A DNA stretch of 64,000 bases from Owenia fusiformis (lineage: Eukaryota): positions 496,001 through 560,000 of the forward strand of contig CAIIXF020000001.1 of NCBI GenBank assembly GCA_903813345.2. Reading direction: 5' to 3'. Below, piece after piece: positions 26,135 through 39,722 of the stretch (the stretch's first letter is position 1; each line of letters starts with the position of its first letter). Made by a program: the position numbers and the translations under genes. The notes beneath the pieces were generated by a model. The model worked only from the letters and a program-made list of their open reading frames with translations, was not told the DNA's origin and did not search any database.

Positions 26135-27617
26135 ATTACAATAGTCAATACCCATGACATCAAGAATAGTTGCAGTAGATACTAGTATTCATTGCAATAG
26201 TTAATACCCATGGCATCAAGAATAGTTGCAGAAGATACTAGTTTAGTTATTGCAATAGTCAATACCCATGACATCAAGAATAGTTGCAGTAGATACTAGT
26301 ATTCATTGCAATAGTCAATACCCATGGTATCAAGAATAGTTGCAGAAGATACTAGTTTAGTTATTGCAATAGTCAATACCCATGACATCAAGAATAGTTG
26401 CAGTAGATACTAGTATTCATTGCAATAGTCAATACCCATGGTATCAATAATAGTTGCAAAAGATACTAGTTTAGTTATTGCAATAGTCAATACCCATGAC
26501 ATCAAGAATAGTTGCAGTAGATACTAGTATTCATTGCAATAGTCAATACCCATGGCATCAACAATAGTGGCAGTAGATACTTGTAGCCATTGCAGTAGTC
26601 AATACCCATGGCATCAAGAATAGTTGCAGTAAATACTAGTATTCATTGCAATAGTCAATACCCATGGCATCAACAATAGTGGCAGTAGATACTTGTAGCC
26701 ATTGCAATAGTCAATACCCATGGCATCAAGAATAGTTGCAGTAGATACTAGTATTCGTTGCAATAGTCAATACCCATGGCATCAAGAATAGTTGCAGTAG
26801 ATACTAGTATTCGTTGCAATAGTCAATACCCATGACATCAAGAATAGTTGCAGTAGATACTAGTTTAGTTATTGCAATAGTCAATACCCATGACATCAAG
26901 AATAGTTGCAGTAGATACTAGTAGTTAATGCAATAGACAATACCCATGACATCAACAATAGTGGCAGTAGATACTTGTAGTCATTGCAATAGTCAATACC
27001 ACTGGCATCAAGAATAGTTGCAGTAGATACTGTCATTGCAAAGGTCAATACCCATGACATTTAGAATATTTACAGTAGATACTGGTAGTCACTGGAATAG
27101 TCTATACCCATGACATCAAGAATAGTTGCAGTAGATAATAGTAGTCACTGGAATAGTCTATACCCATGACAACGAGAATAGTTGCAGTAGATACTATAAG
27201 TTATTGCAATAGTCAATACCCATGACATCAAGAATAGTTGCAGTAGATACCATTAGTCATTGCAAAAGTCAATACCCATGACATCAAGAATAGTTACAGT
27301 AGATACTAGTAGTCACTGGAATAGTCTATACCCATGACATCAAGAATAGTTGCAGTAGATACTATCTAGTAGTCACTGGAATAGTCTATGCCCATGACAT
27401 CAAGAATAGTTCCAGTAGATACTAGTAGTCATTGCAAAAGTCAATACCCATGACATCAAGAATAGTTGCAGTAGATACTATCTAGTAGTCACTGGAATAG
27501 TCTATGCCCATGACATCAAGAATAGTTCCAGTAGATACTAGTAGTCATTGCAAAAGTCAATACCCATGACATTAAAAATAGTTGCAGTAGATACTAGTAG
27601 TTATTGCAATAGTCAAT
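26135..27617. repeat. Minisatellite, 56/58-bp unit (ATTGCAATAGTCAATACCCATGACATCAAGAATAGTTGCAGTAGATACTAGT...), about 26 copies
   Basis: ATTGCAATAG at 26191, 26249, 26305, 26363, 26419 (alternating 58/56 bp). Confidence 0.97.
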
Positions 27618-27912
27618 AATTGTTTACAAAATAGTTAGACAAATCAATATCTATAAGAACATATGATTTGTTGTCTATATTGCCCTTAAACCAACTTACA
27701 GTTCAAAATAAGTCATAGTGACCATTTCTGTAAAGCACATACATGGCTACTTTATGGTATTTATACGCTCCCGAGGTTAAAGAGTTAATAGTTTTTTTGC
27801 ACGCAACTGTTGCATCACATGTATTCCACATTAGTTAAATTAAAAGTGAAGATTCTATTAGCAACACGTTTGAAGCCGAATGACTTGTTTACGGTACGTG
27901 GATATAATATAT

Positions 27913-28060
27913 GAGCCTGGCCATAGGAAAACCGGTCTTATCACAAAAATTAAAATTGTGCTACAGAGCCAAAAATGTGCCCAGGATTAAGAGGAAAATG
28001 TGCTAAATTCAGATCCGACTTTTTGGGTCTATATATGCAAGGAATATAACTTATATTATA
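27913..28060. mobile_element. Possible single end of a Sola-like DNA transposon (ATAT|GAGCCTGGCCATAGGAAAACCGGTCTT)
   Basis: GAG terminus after ATAT resembles common invertebrate Sola-type ends; no partner TIR seen in the window. Confidence 0.3.
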
Positions 28061-29149
28061 TTATATATTGTATGTTAAACATGGAACTTATACGTACCAG
28101 TATGAAATATTGTAAAACATCTAAAACATTTGAAATAAAGTGAATTGAATTGAAAAAATATCAGAGCTGCGCAATGAGACCTCATGTCTATTGATTTGGT
28201 TCATTGTTCTCTGTATCCAAAATCAATTCTGTCCTAAATTTTAGTTTTGAAGGATTAACTATGCCTTTCAGTGCAAGCAATAAGGTTACTATTGAAAACC
28301 GTTTCAAGGTGAAAGAATGGTATTGAAGATGAATCATAAAGGAACAAATGACAAGAATTAAAGTCCTGTAATTATAAATAGACTTATGTGCAAGAATGCA
28401 TTACATCCAACACGCATGTAAGTACATGATAATTATGTCATGGGAGGCGATATCGTTGGAATTACGCAAAAGCATTTCAACTTGGAAAAACGACTTCTTT
28501 CAGACAGATATAAGTGACGTTTCCATTGATATTGGATATTTTGACATGCTGTGTTTTGTGTTTTATATTTATAGTTCGTCTATAAAATTTTTCAAAGAAT
28601 TAGGTTTATATATTGCTGATATATATTTGTCCAAAAGTGGAACATTTTTTTGGACACCACATATATGCCATTTTGTGATTGATTATATAATTGATTGCTA
28701 CTTTCCCTTCTGTACATGTGTGCAATGAACACACGCAGTGCTATCTAATTCGTACTCTAATCAGTATATAATTATGTTAATTAATTAATAATGAGCACAT
28801 CTCTCTAAAATAACAAAGAATTAGCTTTTTTGTTTTTCTAATTCGTCTTAGTTACTGTTTATTTCGAGTCAATGGGTGAGAAGAATGAAATGAATGATTT
28901 ATCTATGTTGCTTCTGTAAAACTTGCTGATGAGTCTCCTTAGGGGGAAATATGGTTATTAAGGAGGGTTATTTCCCTAATATCGCCATAGTAAATTGAGT
29001 GATTGAAGTTCTCAGAGAATTTCAAACGGATATGTAAATGTCAAACAGTGTCGGGGGCATCCTAATGTAATATCAAAGGTCAATGTTGAAACGTTACATG
29101 TATCAAAAGGCGTCACTATCTTTTAGGGTTTTAGAGAATATTCGTCTCC

Positions 29150-30550
29150 TGGATAGGATCATCTAATGTTGCGGTTCGAGAGAATTATATTCTCCCGAAT
29201 AGCATCATCTTGTGTTGTGGTTCGAGTGATTTATAATCTTCCGAATAGCGTCATCTTGTGTTGTGGTTCGAGAGAATTATATTCTCCCGAATAACATCAT
29301 CTTGTGTTGTGGTTCGAGAGAATTATAATCTTCCGAATAGCGTCATCTTGTGTTGTGGTTCGAGAGTATTATAATCTCCCGAATAGCGTCATCTTGTGTT
29401 GTGGTTCGAGAGAATTATAATCTCCCGAATAGCATCATCTTGTGTTGTGGTTCGAGAGAATTATAATTCCCCGAATAGCGTCATCTTGTGTTGTGGTTCG
29501 AGAGAATTATTATAATCTCCCGAATAGCGTCATCTTGTGTTGTGGTTCGAGAGTATTATAATCTCCCAAATAGCGTCATCTTGTGTTGTGGTTCGAGAGA
29601 ATTATAGTCTCCTAAAAATCGTCATCTTGTGTTTTGCTTCGAGAGTATTATAATCTCCAAAAAAGCGTCATCTTGTCTTGTGGTTCCAGAGAATTATAAT
29701 CTCCCGAATAGCGTCATCTTTTGTTGTGGTTCGAGAGTATTATAATCTCCCGAATAGCGTCATCTTGTGTTGTGGTTCGAGAGAATCATAATCTCCCGAA
29801 TAGCGTCATCTTGTGTTTTGCTTCGAGAGTATTATAATTTCCCAAATAGCGTCATCTTGTCTTGCGGTTCGAGAGAATTATAATCTCCCGAATAGCGTCA
29901 TCTTTTGTTGTGGTTCGAGAGTATTATAATCTCCCGAATAGCGTCATCTTGTGTTGTGGTTCGAGAGAATTATAATCTCCCGAATAGCGTCATCTTGTGT
30001 TTTGCTTCGAGAGTATTATAATTTCCCGAATAGCGTCATCTTGTGTTTTGCTTCGAGAGAATCATAATCTCCCTGAATAGCGTCATCTTGTGTTGTGGTT
30101 CGAGAGAATTACAATCTCCCGAATAGCGTCATCTTGTGTTTTGCTTCGAGAGAATTATAATCTCCCTGAATAGCGTCATCTTGTGTTGTGGTTCGAGAGA
30201 ATTATAATCTCCCGAATAGCGTCATCTTTTGTTGTGGTTCGAGGGAAATATAATCTCCCGAATAGCGTCATCTTGTGTTGCGGTTCGAGAGAATTCTAAT
30301 CTCCCGAATAGCGTCATCTTTTGTTGTGGTTCGAGAGAATTATAATCTCTCGAATAGCGCCATCTTGTTGTGTGGTTCGAGAGAATTATAATCTCTCGAA
30401 TAGCGTCATCTTGTGCCGTGGTTCGGGAGCATTATAATCTCCCGAATTGCGTCATCTTATGTTGTGGTTAGAGAGAATTATAATCCCCCGAATAGCGTCA
30501 CCTTGTGTTGTGGTTCGAGAGAATTATAATCTACTGAATAGCGTCATCAT
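29150..30550. repeat. Minisatellite, 46-bp unit CGAATAGCGTCATCTTGTGTTGTGGTTCGAGAGAATTATAATCTCC, about 30 copies, with decayed copies to about 30810
   Basis: 46-bp period (29751 to 29797); each unit contains an internal palindrome. Confidence 0.97.
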
Positions 30551-32439
30551 GCTTTGTATTGGGGTTTAAGTACATAGTCGTTTCCTGTACAGCGTCATCT
30601 TGTTTTCGGGCTTGAAAGAATAATCGTCGTCTCCTGTATGGCGTCATCTTGTAGTTTGAGAGAACTATCATATCCATATGATAGCGTCGTCGTGTGTTGG
30701 GGTCTATGAGAGTAGTCTCCTGTCATTACCTTGTCGTTGGGTCTAAGCTAATAGAGTCGTCTCCTGCATAGCGTCATTCTGTTTCGGAGTTTCGGGGTTT
30801 AGTCGTTTCCTGTAATATGCCTTTTTGGTACAGCAGCCTTCGATATAATTCCAAATCTCACTGGTTTGATGAGTTATTTTCTGTGCCGTAAGTCGGTGTT
30901 TAACACATTATTGGATACAATCATCAACGAATTAAATAGCAACGTGTTTCATTCCGCCTTTGATGTTGTAAAATTCAATCACGTATTTTCCCAGCATATG
31001 CAGTTGTTCGGTTTTAAATTACTATCATTCGCTGGAAGACAAACTACGATATCTGAAATATTAACTGTCCTGGTAGTAGTAAATATAGATCTTGTAGCAT
31101 CTTCAAAATTAACCCAACGATAACCATTTTATTTAGTCGAATCATCCTCGAAAAAAATCATCCAAGAAACCATTAACTAAATCTAATACATCGCCATTAA
31201 ACTGTCATACGTAGCGCAATTTTTCATGATGCTAGATGATAAAAATGACAACGATCTTAAGCTTGATTATGACACTATGGAGCTTTTGGTTTAATGGCAT
31301 TTGAACTTGCAGATCCATGGCGTTCAGATAGTATTTGGGGAAATACACTCGTTGATCAAAGAAACATTTTTGAAAGAGTACTCCATCATAACTTCATGAC
31401 AGACACGGTGATTATTCGCTTGATTAATAGCGCCTAACTGTATGAGACCATAAAAGTGTTTACTCGAATGTTACGCATTGCATTAGAAGAAAGGAGGAGA
31501 ATCAAGATTAACTATTTATTTATTTATTAACGATTTATTAAGACCTGTCTAAATACAATATACATTGTTGATTTTAGTTGGTTTGCACCGAAAGATCTTT
31601 AATGAGCTTTAGTATTTTACAATTACATAATTTTGAATGGAATCAGCGACGATTCAAATAAAGAAGTTCATGATTTTAATTTGTTATTAGTTGAAGTGAA
31701 ATAGGCATGCAAATGTTATGTTTTAATTCAATCGGCTTCAGTGTCTAATATTCATTATCCCTAATGTCTGTCGGGGAGGGGGGGGGGGTAGGATTTTTGC
31801 ATGTTTTTGTATCTCCGTTATGATGGATACCCTTGAATTTATTTCATATTTCTGAATGTTCATACAAACTGTGGTAAAATAGAATTATGAGGATACCAAT
31901 TGCAAAATCTATTTTTTCATTCCTCCTACTCCATATTTTTCAATTCTACTAATGTCATATTCATGCTGTTGCTATGTGGTTGTTCGGCAAACTGACCAAA
32001 ACTATATCGAAATAATACCAAGTGAAGCGCCTTTATCTATTTTCTTACCAAACCACTGATTGATATTTGTTGTACATCTTGACATATAAATGGTAAAGGA
32101 TGGTGTCAAATTGTTGTGGAATAATGAACTTAGTTTCATTAAGGGAGGGGGTAAATGATGGTTTCATTGGCGAATAGTGTTGATATTTTCTAATATAAGT
32201 GACACATTTATCAAGATTTTAAAATTTCGTCAGATGAGGGGGTGGGGCCCAAACCATAACAAATTAACTTCGTTAATCTACAACTGTTGATTCTTGGACA
32301 CTATCCCTATGACAAAAACAAGTTAAATTGACGTCATATGCCCCATAATTCACAAGTGTAGTACAGTAACGTACGCGGTCAATACTATGATATCCCATGA
32401 TGCACACGTGGGATACACAGGCAAATTATATCAGACCCC

Positions 32440-32800
32440 GTACAAGTCCGTACGAAGCTCGTTGAGTCAATGGGCCCTGTACAACCTCGTACGGGCTTCG
32501 TTACGAGTCCCGTAATTTTCGAGCCTCGTAAGAGTTTGTGAAACATACATACATACATAGAAAGCCTGTAATAGATCGTAATTTTCGATCCCCGTACTTG
32601 ACCGTACGGTGCTCGTAACGAGCCTCGTAATAAATCGTAATTTTCGATCCCCGTACTTGCTCGCACGGTGCCTGTAACGAGGCCCGTAATAGCTCGTAAT
32701 TTTCGAGCCTTGTACTTGCCTGTACGATTCCCGTAACAAGGCCCATAATAGCTCGTAATTTTCGAGCACTGTACTTGCCCGTATGGGGCTCGTAACGACT
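32440..32800. repeat. CpG-rich ~59-bp tandem units (CGTAATTTTCGA...), probably MITE subterminal repeats
   Basis: CGTAATTTTCGA at about 32511, 32578, 32636, 32695, 32754. The three overlapping minus-strand ORFs are artefacts. Confidence 0.8.
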
Positions 32801-33322
32801 AGTTGAATTAGTTGTCAGTATTGAAGAGGGGCAGTTAATGTATTTTGGACTAGTTATTCGGAGTGTGGAAGGCATGTAATGTTTATACTAGTTATTGAAG
32901 TTATTTGTGGAAATAAGTGTCTTTAATGTGTTTTGGAATAGTCATTAGAAGTTTAGAAATCAGTTAATTAGAAATTGTTTCTTTTCACGGTGAATTTTGA
33001 TTGGGGATACTTCAGGTTCAATTTCCTTATAAATTGTGTACTCTTCAATGTTTTCTTTTTTGCTGCGTTTTGTAACAATTTTTGTCGCTTTCCGTAAGTT
33101 GGGATTCGCGCTTACATATTTATACAAAAACAATATTTATAATTCTGGTAGTCAAAGCATCGTACGGTTGTAGAACGCACTTTACAAAGATCATATAAAC
33201 ATCATAGAAAGTCTTATCTTTATTGGTTAATCCTTATAAAAAGAGGATATGAAGAATATCCTGGGTTGGTTTATTGAAATATCACCTGGTGATAATCTTC
33301 AATAATCTGAAGTAAACATATA

Positions 33323-34562
33323 TCGGGTGTCCCAAAAAAACGTCCCGCTTTTTAAGCTCTTATAACTCTGCAAGATATAAACCAATTCATTTGAAATTTA
33401 TCAGGGAGTGAGACAAGGATATTATCTATAAGTTATTAAGAAATTAAATTAATCGGATGTACATTATGTGAGTATCGCCAAATACAAGATAGCATATCAA
33501 GAAATGTAATATCGGAGGACAACTCACTTATTTCACCTTATAATGTAGATTGATGAGCATCGCCAAATACAAAAGTTAAACAGCATAAGATAAAAAGTTG
33601 GTACAGCAAAAGATCGACAACTCACTCATATGTTAAAGGAAAAAGAAAAACAAGATGTCACAATTTATACGATGGTTCTTCAGCCGCAGATGTCAAGAAG
33701 ATCATTTTCACTGATGAGAAGGACTTTTCTTCTTAAGTGCCCAAAAATCGTCAAAATGATCGAGTGTATGGAAAGCGTAAATGTAAAATTCAGCCATCAG
33801 GTCTGTACCATGAAACTTCACTTTTTTCAAAAAGATAATGGTTTCTGCAGGAGTATCCTGGAAGGGGAAGATGGGCATTTATTTCATTAATACTGACAAA
33901 GCCAAAGTCAACAGCGATAGCTATATTAAGTTATTAGATGAAAATCTGCTACCTGATTGTAGGAGGATTTACCCTAGAAATGACTATGTGTTTCAACAAA
34001 ATGGGGCCCCTTCCCACACAAGTGGGGTAACCCAGGCGTATCTGGAGAGATCCACCCCAGCATTTATCAAAAAGGTTGAATGGCCTCCACAAAGTCCAAA
34101 CTGTAATCCAATGGATTACTCTGTTTAGATTCTTTAAATCTAAAAGTTTACAGTGGTATGAGGGATAAGTTTACAGAACAAATATTAAAAGAGAGAATAC
34201 GTGCGTCATGGCAGGAGATATCACAGGATGAAATCAAGAGCAGTATCTCTGTATGGAAGAAACGACTCCGTTTAGTTGTGAAGGAAGATGGAGGCCACAT
34301 TGAGCACAAGTTATTAGATAAGTGAGTTGTCGATCTTTAGCTGTACCAACTTTTTATCTTATGCTGTTTAAATTTTGTACTTGGCGATGCTCATCAATCT
34401 ACATTATAAGGTGAAATAATTGAGTTATCTGATTAGTTAAATATTTTAATTGCTTATAGATAATATCCTTATCTTACTCCCTGATAAATTTCAAAGAAAT
34501 TGGTTTATATCTATCAAAGTTATAAGAGCTCAAAAAGCGGGACGTTTTTTTGGGACACCCGA
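33323..34562 (+). mobile_element. Tc1/mariner maT (DD37D) element with TA TSD and long TIRs, lacking the N-terminal part of the transposase
   Basis: TA|TCGGGTGTCCCAAAAAAACGTCCCGC ... GCGGGACGTTTTTTTGGGACACCCGA|TA; inverted match extends about 240-300 bp. Confidence 0.93.
33630..34325 (+). pseudogene. DD37D transposase catalytic domain, frameshifted and stop-interrupted
   Basis: IIFTDEKDF...NRQNDRVY / MVSAGVSWKGK...VFQQ(N)GAPSHTS...WPPQSPNCNPMDYSV* ... WKKRLRLVVKEDGGHIEHKLLDK*. There are 37 residues between the second catalytic position (now N) and the third D. Confidence 0.92.
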
Positions 34563-35589
34563 TATATCTGCCTTAGCAGTTCAAGTCCTGGCATGCTTCA
34601 ATGGTCATTCAGTATATGAACCAATGATTGAGGAGAAGGAGCAGGGATTATTAACTTATAAGATAAATGAGACGCAGGAGAAGTATTCCAATATGATTGC
34701 TCTTATGTGTTTGCTTAAATAATGTAATTTAGGTTCCTGGATGTGAAACGGCCAGATTTACTGATTTTAATCGCTATTATTATTGATATCAAATATTTGA
34801 TATTCTTGATTGTGTGATGATTCTGGCTCAAGTGACGCGCGTTGTATTTATTATGGATTCAAACGAGAGGACATCCCCTTAAGGCAATACACCCATCGAT
34901 TTCAAGATGATGTTAAAAGTAGAAGTATGAGTTATTTCTTAACCGTTGGGATACGATTTCGAAATAACCCAAGTGTAAGATCCAATTTGTTAGCTATGTC
35001 CTATCTACGAAAGTCCAATGGACCAATATCTCAGAAGCGTTATTTACCATTATCCAATGTAATTGGTTAATTCCCCGATTGATTTTCTCAAGAATGAAGA
35101 GTTGCATCAATAAATCAAACAAGCAAAATGTTTATAACTAGGCGCTAAAATTAGGGAATATATGGTGTTCGCGGATTAGCACAACAGCCATAATTCAAAA
35201 AATCGTCTGTCGGAATTAGTTTGAAGGTTTTATCAAATGTGTTCTGGAAGTATCAAATATTCCGTACAACATATAACGGCAATAGATGGTTTGGGTCACT
35301 GAACTTGTTACTAATATCTGCGTAATTTCACAGACGATTTACTAACAACTTTGCACTAGAATTCCTGCCTGAAAAAATGATGTTAATCTGGTTGTCTGAG
35401 AGTGAGAATGAACCGCAATTATCATATTACTTTGTATCAATCGAAATACTACAGAGCCTGTCATTGAGATGAGAAGGCACCCTAAGGCAAAATGAAAAGA
35501 ATCGAATCGAATTGAGTTATTTAAGGTTAAAGCCCTGGATTCAATGCAATGCGAAGCATCAATTTTAACCTGATAGAGTCGAATTGCTT

Positions 35590-36180
35590 TTTGTTTTTAA
35601 TCAATAGTTTTATATCATAAATACAATAATATAAAATGAATAGATGGGGTTGGGGCAGATCGCCTTTCGGCAAGTCATGTCCCCATATAATATTTTACAA
35701 CAGAAAGCATATAAGAGTTTCAAATATCTAAACTTGGACAAATATAAAATAAAATCTGTTGAATTTAAAAACTAAACAATAATTTTGTTGAAGGGATGGA
35801 GTTACTGCTGCTGATCATGGGGTAGGGGTGAGTAAAAGAGGGGTATCAGATGTATGCATGACTACAAGTTCCTGACTCAGTTTAAAGTTCTGATTGAAAA
35901 GAGGTTAAATTAGAACACGCCAAAATGAAATAAGTTGATTTCAGTCCTGCTGAGTTTTAATGATGATATGTCGAAACCGATAAGTTCTACTTTAAGGATA
36001 AATCGTCCATTTTTTCTGAGGGGACGGTTGAAAAAGATGTATTTAAAGGTTTCTGAAGAGCGACAAGTACAATATGGAGACACTAGGCTTACAGTTGGCC
36101 GATTTTCCGCATGATTGTGTATTAACCCATGAAAATATATTAATGAAATAAACCTATTGTTTAAAAAACAGTTGTCCAAT
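35590..36180 (-). mobile_element. LINE (CR1-like) 3' end remnant, copy 1
   Basis: LVSPYCTCRSSETFKYIFFNRPL resembles SP.C.CG..ET..H.FF.CP; followed on the minus strand by a hairpin-bearing 3' UTR and an A-rich tail near 35590. Confidence 0.55.
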
Positions 36181-37280
36181 TATTGGCATTTAATTATGAA
36201 ATAAGGTCGACCCTAGCTCTGTTTAGATATACTTCCTATCTTCGAGATAAGTTAAGTGAAATATACAGTTGCTGTGCCCAGGAACATTTAATTTTTTAAT
36301 AATTTTAACGAAAGCTTAGAAAGGCGAGGACCAAGATAAAGTTGGCACCTTGACAACCATTCAACGAATGACATACTTGGCAAAATTACACTCCAAAATC
36401 AATTCAATGATAATTGCTCACCATTACAGTAGTCTACAGGCGACGCATACGGTTTATCAAAATGAATGCTCTTTTTGACTATGCTCGATATTCAGTAAGA
36501 AAGGCGCGATCCCGGAAAAAATACTTAAGGGTACATAGCTTTAGATTGAGGTCAATGCTGCCTTTTTAGATAGCAATGCCAGGATATTTAAAATAGAGAA
36601 ATTTTTATTTCGACAATTTTTTCACAACTTTTACTTTTATTTGCGAATTTTCGGAATCTCCAATGTCATTCATCCAGCCACCAACCGACCCACCCATCAA
36701 TTGCTTATCAAGTAATCTAATCAAGAAAATCTAATGCCACAAGATGCAGCATCTTTAGAGTTATTGTTTTTATTGGTGTTTATCTTTTCGTCGGCGAATG
36801 GTTTTGGGGTATAGGTATATTCTGTACAGGCCAGATCCTTCAAGCTGTCACTTTCACTGTTCACAAGTTATATTGAAACGTAAGGATAAATTGCTTCGTT
36901 TATTTTTCATCAAGGAACTGACTTGTATTGTAATTTAAATAATAAGTGACAATAGCCAGGGGATATGAATTATTACACTATTGATGATCACGTCTCGATG
37001 GTGCTATTATAGCAACACTGAGCATTGCATTTATTTTGGGATCGTTTGAGGCTTCTTTTCAAAATTATTATTATTAATCTGGTTGTCTGAGAGTGAGAAT
37101 GAACCGCAATTATCATATTATTTTGTATCAATCGAAATACTACAGAGCCTGTCATTGAGATGAGAAGGCACCCTAAGGCAAAATGAAAAGAATCGGATCG
37201 AATTGAGTTATTTAAGGTTAAAGCCCTGGATTCAATGCAATGCGAAGCATCAATTTTAACCTGATAGAGTCGAGTTGCTT

Positions 37281-37870
37281 TTTGTTTTTAATCAATAGTT
37301 TTATATCATAAATACAATAATATAAAATGAATAGATGGGGTTGGGGCAGATCGCCTTTCGGCAAGTCATGTCCCCATATAATATTTTACAACAGAAAGCA
37401 TATAAGAGTTTCAAATATCTAAACTTGGACAAATATAAAATAAAATCTGTTGAATTTAAAAACTAAACAATAATTTTGTTGAAGGGATGGAGTTACTGCT
37501 GCTGATCATGGGGTAGGGGTGAGTAAAAGAGGGGTATCAGATGTATGCATGACTACAAGTTCCTGACTCAGTTTAAAGTTCTGATTGAAAAGAGGTTAAA
37601 TTAGAACACGCCAAAATGAAATAAGTTGATTTCAGTCCTGCTGAGTTTTAATGATGATATGTCGAAACCGATAAGTTCTACTTTAAGGATAAATCGTCCA
37701 TTTTTTCTGAGGGGACGGTTGAAAAAGATGTATTTAAAGGTTTCTGAAGAGCGACAAGTACAATATGGAGACACTAGGCTTACAGTTGGCCGATTTTCCG
37801 CATGATTGTGTATTAACCCATGAAAATATATTAATGAAATAAACCTATTGTTTAAAAAACAGTTGTCCAA
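37281..37870 (-). mobile_element. LINE (CR1-like) 3' end remnant, duplicated copy 2
   Basis: Same sequence as 35590-36180, carried by the tandem duplication. Confidence 0.55.
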
Positions 37871-39722
37871 TTATTGGCATTTAATTATGAAATAAGGTCG
37901 ACCCTAGCTCTGTTTAGATATACTTCCTATCTTCGAGATAAGTTAAGTGAAATATACAGTTGCTGTGCCCAGGAACATTTAATTTTTTAATAATTTTTAA
38001 CGAAAGCTTAGAAAGGCGAGGACCAAGATAAAGTTGGCACCTTGACAACCATTCAACGAATGACATACTTGGCAAAATTACACTCCAAAATCAATTCAAT
38101 GATAATTGCTCACCATTACAGTAGTCTACAGGCGACGCATACGGTTTATCAAAATGAATGCTCTTTTTGACTATGCTCGATATTCAGTAAGAAAGGCGCG
38201 ATCCCGGAAAAAATACTTAAGGGTACATAGCTTTAGATTGAGGTCAATGCTGCCTTTTTAGATAGCAATGCCAGGATATTTAAAATAGAGAAATTTTTAT
38301 TTCGACAATTTTTTCACAACTTTTACTTTTATTTGCGAATTTTCGGAATCTCCAATGTCATTCATCCAGCCACCAACCGACCCACCCATCAATTGCTTAT
38401 CAAGTAATTTAGAAAATCTAATGCCACAAGATGCAGCATCTTTAGAGTTATTGTTTTGTATTGGTGTCTATCCTTTCGTCGGCGAATGGTTTTGGGGTAT
38501 AGGTATATTCTGTACAGGCCAGATCCTTCAAGCTGTCACTTTCACTGTTCACAAGTTATATTGAAACGTAAGGATAAATTGCTTCGTTTATTTTTCATCA
38601 AGGAACTGACTTGTATTGTAATTTAAATAATAAGTGACTATAGCCAGGGGATATGAATTATTACACTATTGATGATCACGTCTCGATGGTGCTATTATAG
38701 CAACACTGAGCATTGCATTTATTTTGGGATCGTTTGAGGCTTCTTTTCAAAATTATTCTCATTCTAAACATAACTCCTCGGCTCGTTAATCAACTTTTGT
38801 ACCGAGGTTTTTCTTAGTTTCTTTCATTCTAATCCTCGTCGTTTTTTGTGAAGGCCATAATCAACAATATAAAGAATTTGTTACCTGAATAAACACAACC
38901 ATATCTGGTGTCATCTTACCGTGAAACTAATATTAAACAATACAATGAGAAACAAAATCGTTGGGCGTCTTTTTACTAGGTTTGCATATTCTCAAATGAA
39001 CGAAATTGGTGATAACTTATCAAAATGGCGATCAATTATGGTATTTTGCTTCCTAGAGCAGTTTTGGACGAACGTTGAGACATGATTTTACCATGTTGAC
39101 CTTTTAAAGCGTGATCGGTGATTTACATGCATTCATGTTGAATCGTGTACTTTTTAATCAAACCATCACCTATGCCAATACATTTGATAAAACACTTTCA
39201 AATGTGGAGGGTTTGACATCTAGACCTCGTTGTTTTTTGGAATACCTAAACAATCACAGTGTAGTAGCCAGTGTTTATTGACTAAACCCACCCAGCCTCG
39301 ACCTTTGCTCCTTTATAGCCGTGATCCCTGTTATTTGTGAAACATTCGCTTCTGTAAATTAACATTCAGAAATGGAATGAAATGGGATTCATATTGGAAT
39401 TAGTAATGTCATTATTAATAACAAAGTCTATCATCAGAAAGTAAATGAAAATATCGGAGAATTACGTTTCATTTTACAAGTGAAGTCATGCATGACCTTA
39501 CAGTAAAAAAGAAAAAAGAGACAGAAGGACCACGTCGCAACATTACGGAAAAATAAAAACATAAGTACCTGGTTTAACTAGTGCACATTTTGATTTGGAA
39601 CCATTCTTATATGTGTTGCCTCTATCTTTTGATGTTTTTCTGCCATGACTGAAACTCCATTAATTTCAAAAAGTTATATGCATTTTTTTGTGTTTACCCA
39701 AATTGTGACCTTTAATTGAATA

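Larger units (their letters stand above)
35383..38757. repeat. Near-identical tandem duplication, 1691-bp offset (35383-37069 and 37074-38757)
   Basis: Identical ORFs at 35910 and 37601; only a handful of substitutions and small indels; junction lies in an ATT repeat. Confidence 0.97.

Noticed and set aside
32385-32875. Three overlapping ORFs
   Set aside because: They arise from ~59-bp CpG-rich tandem units; the same peptide words appear in all frames.
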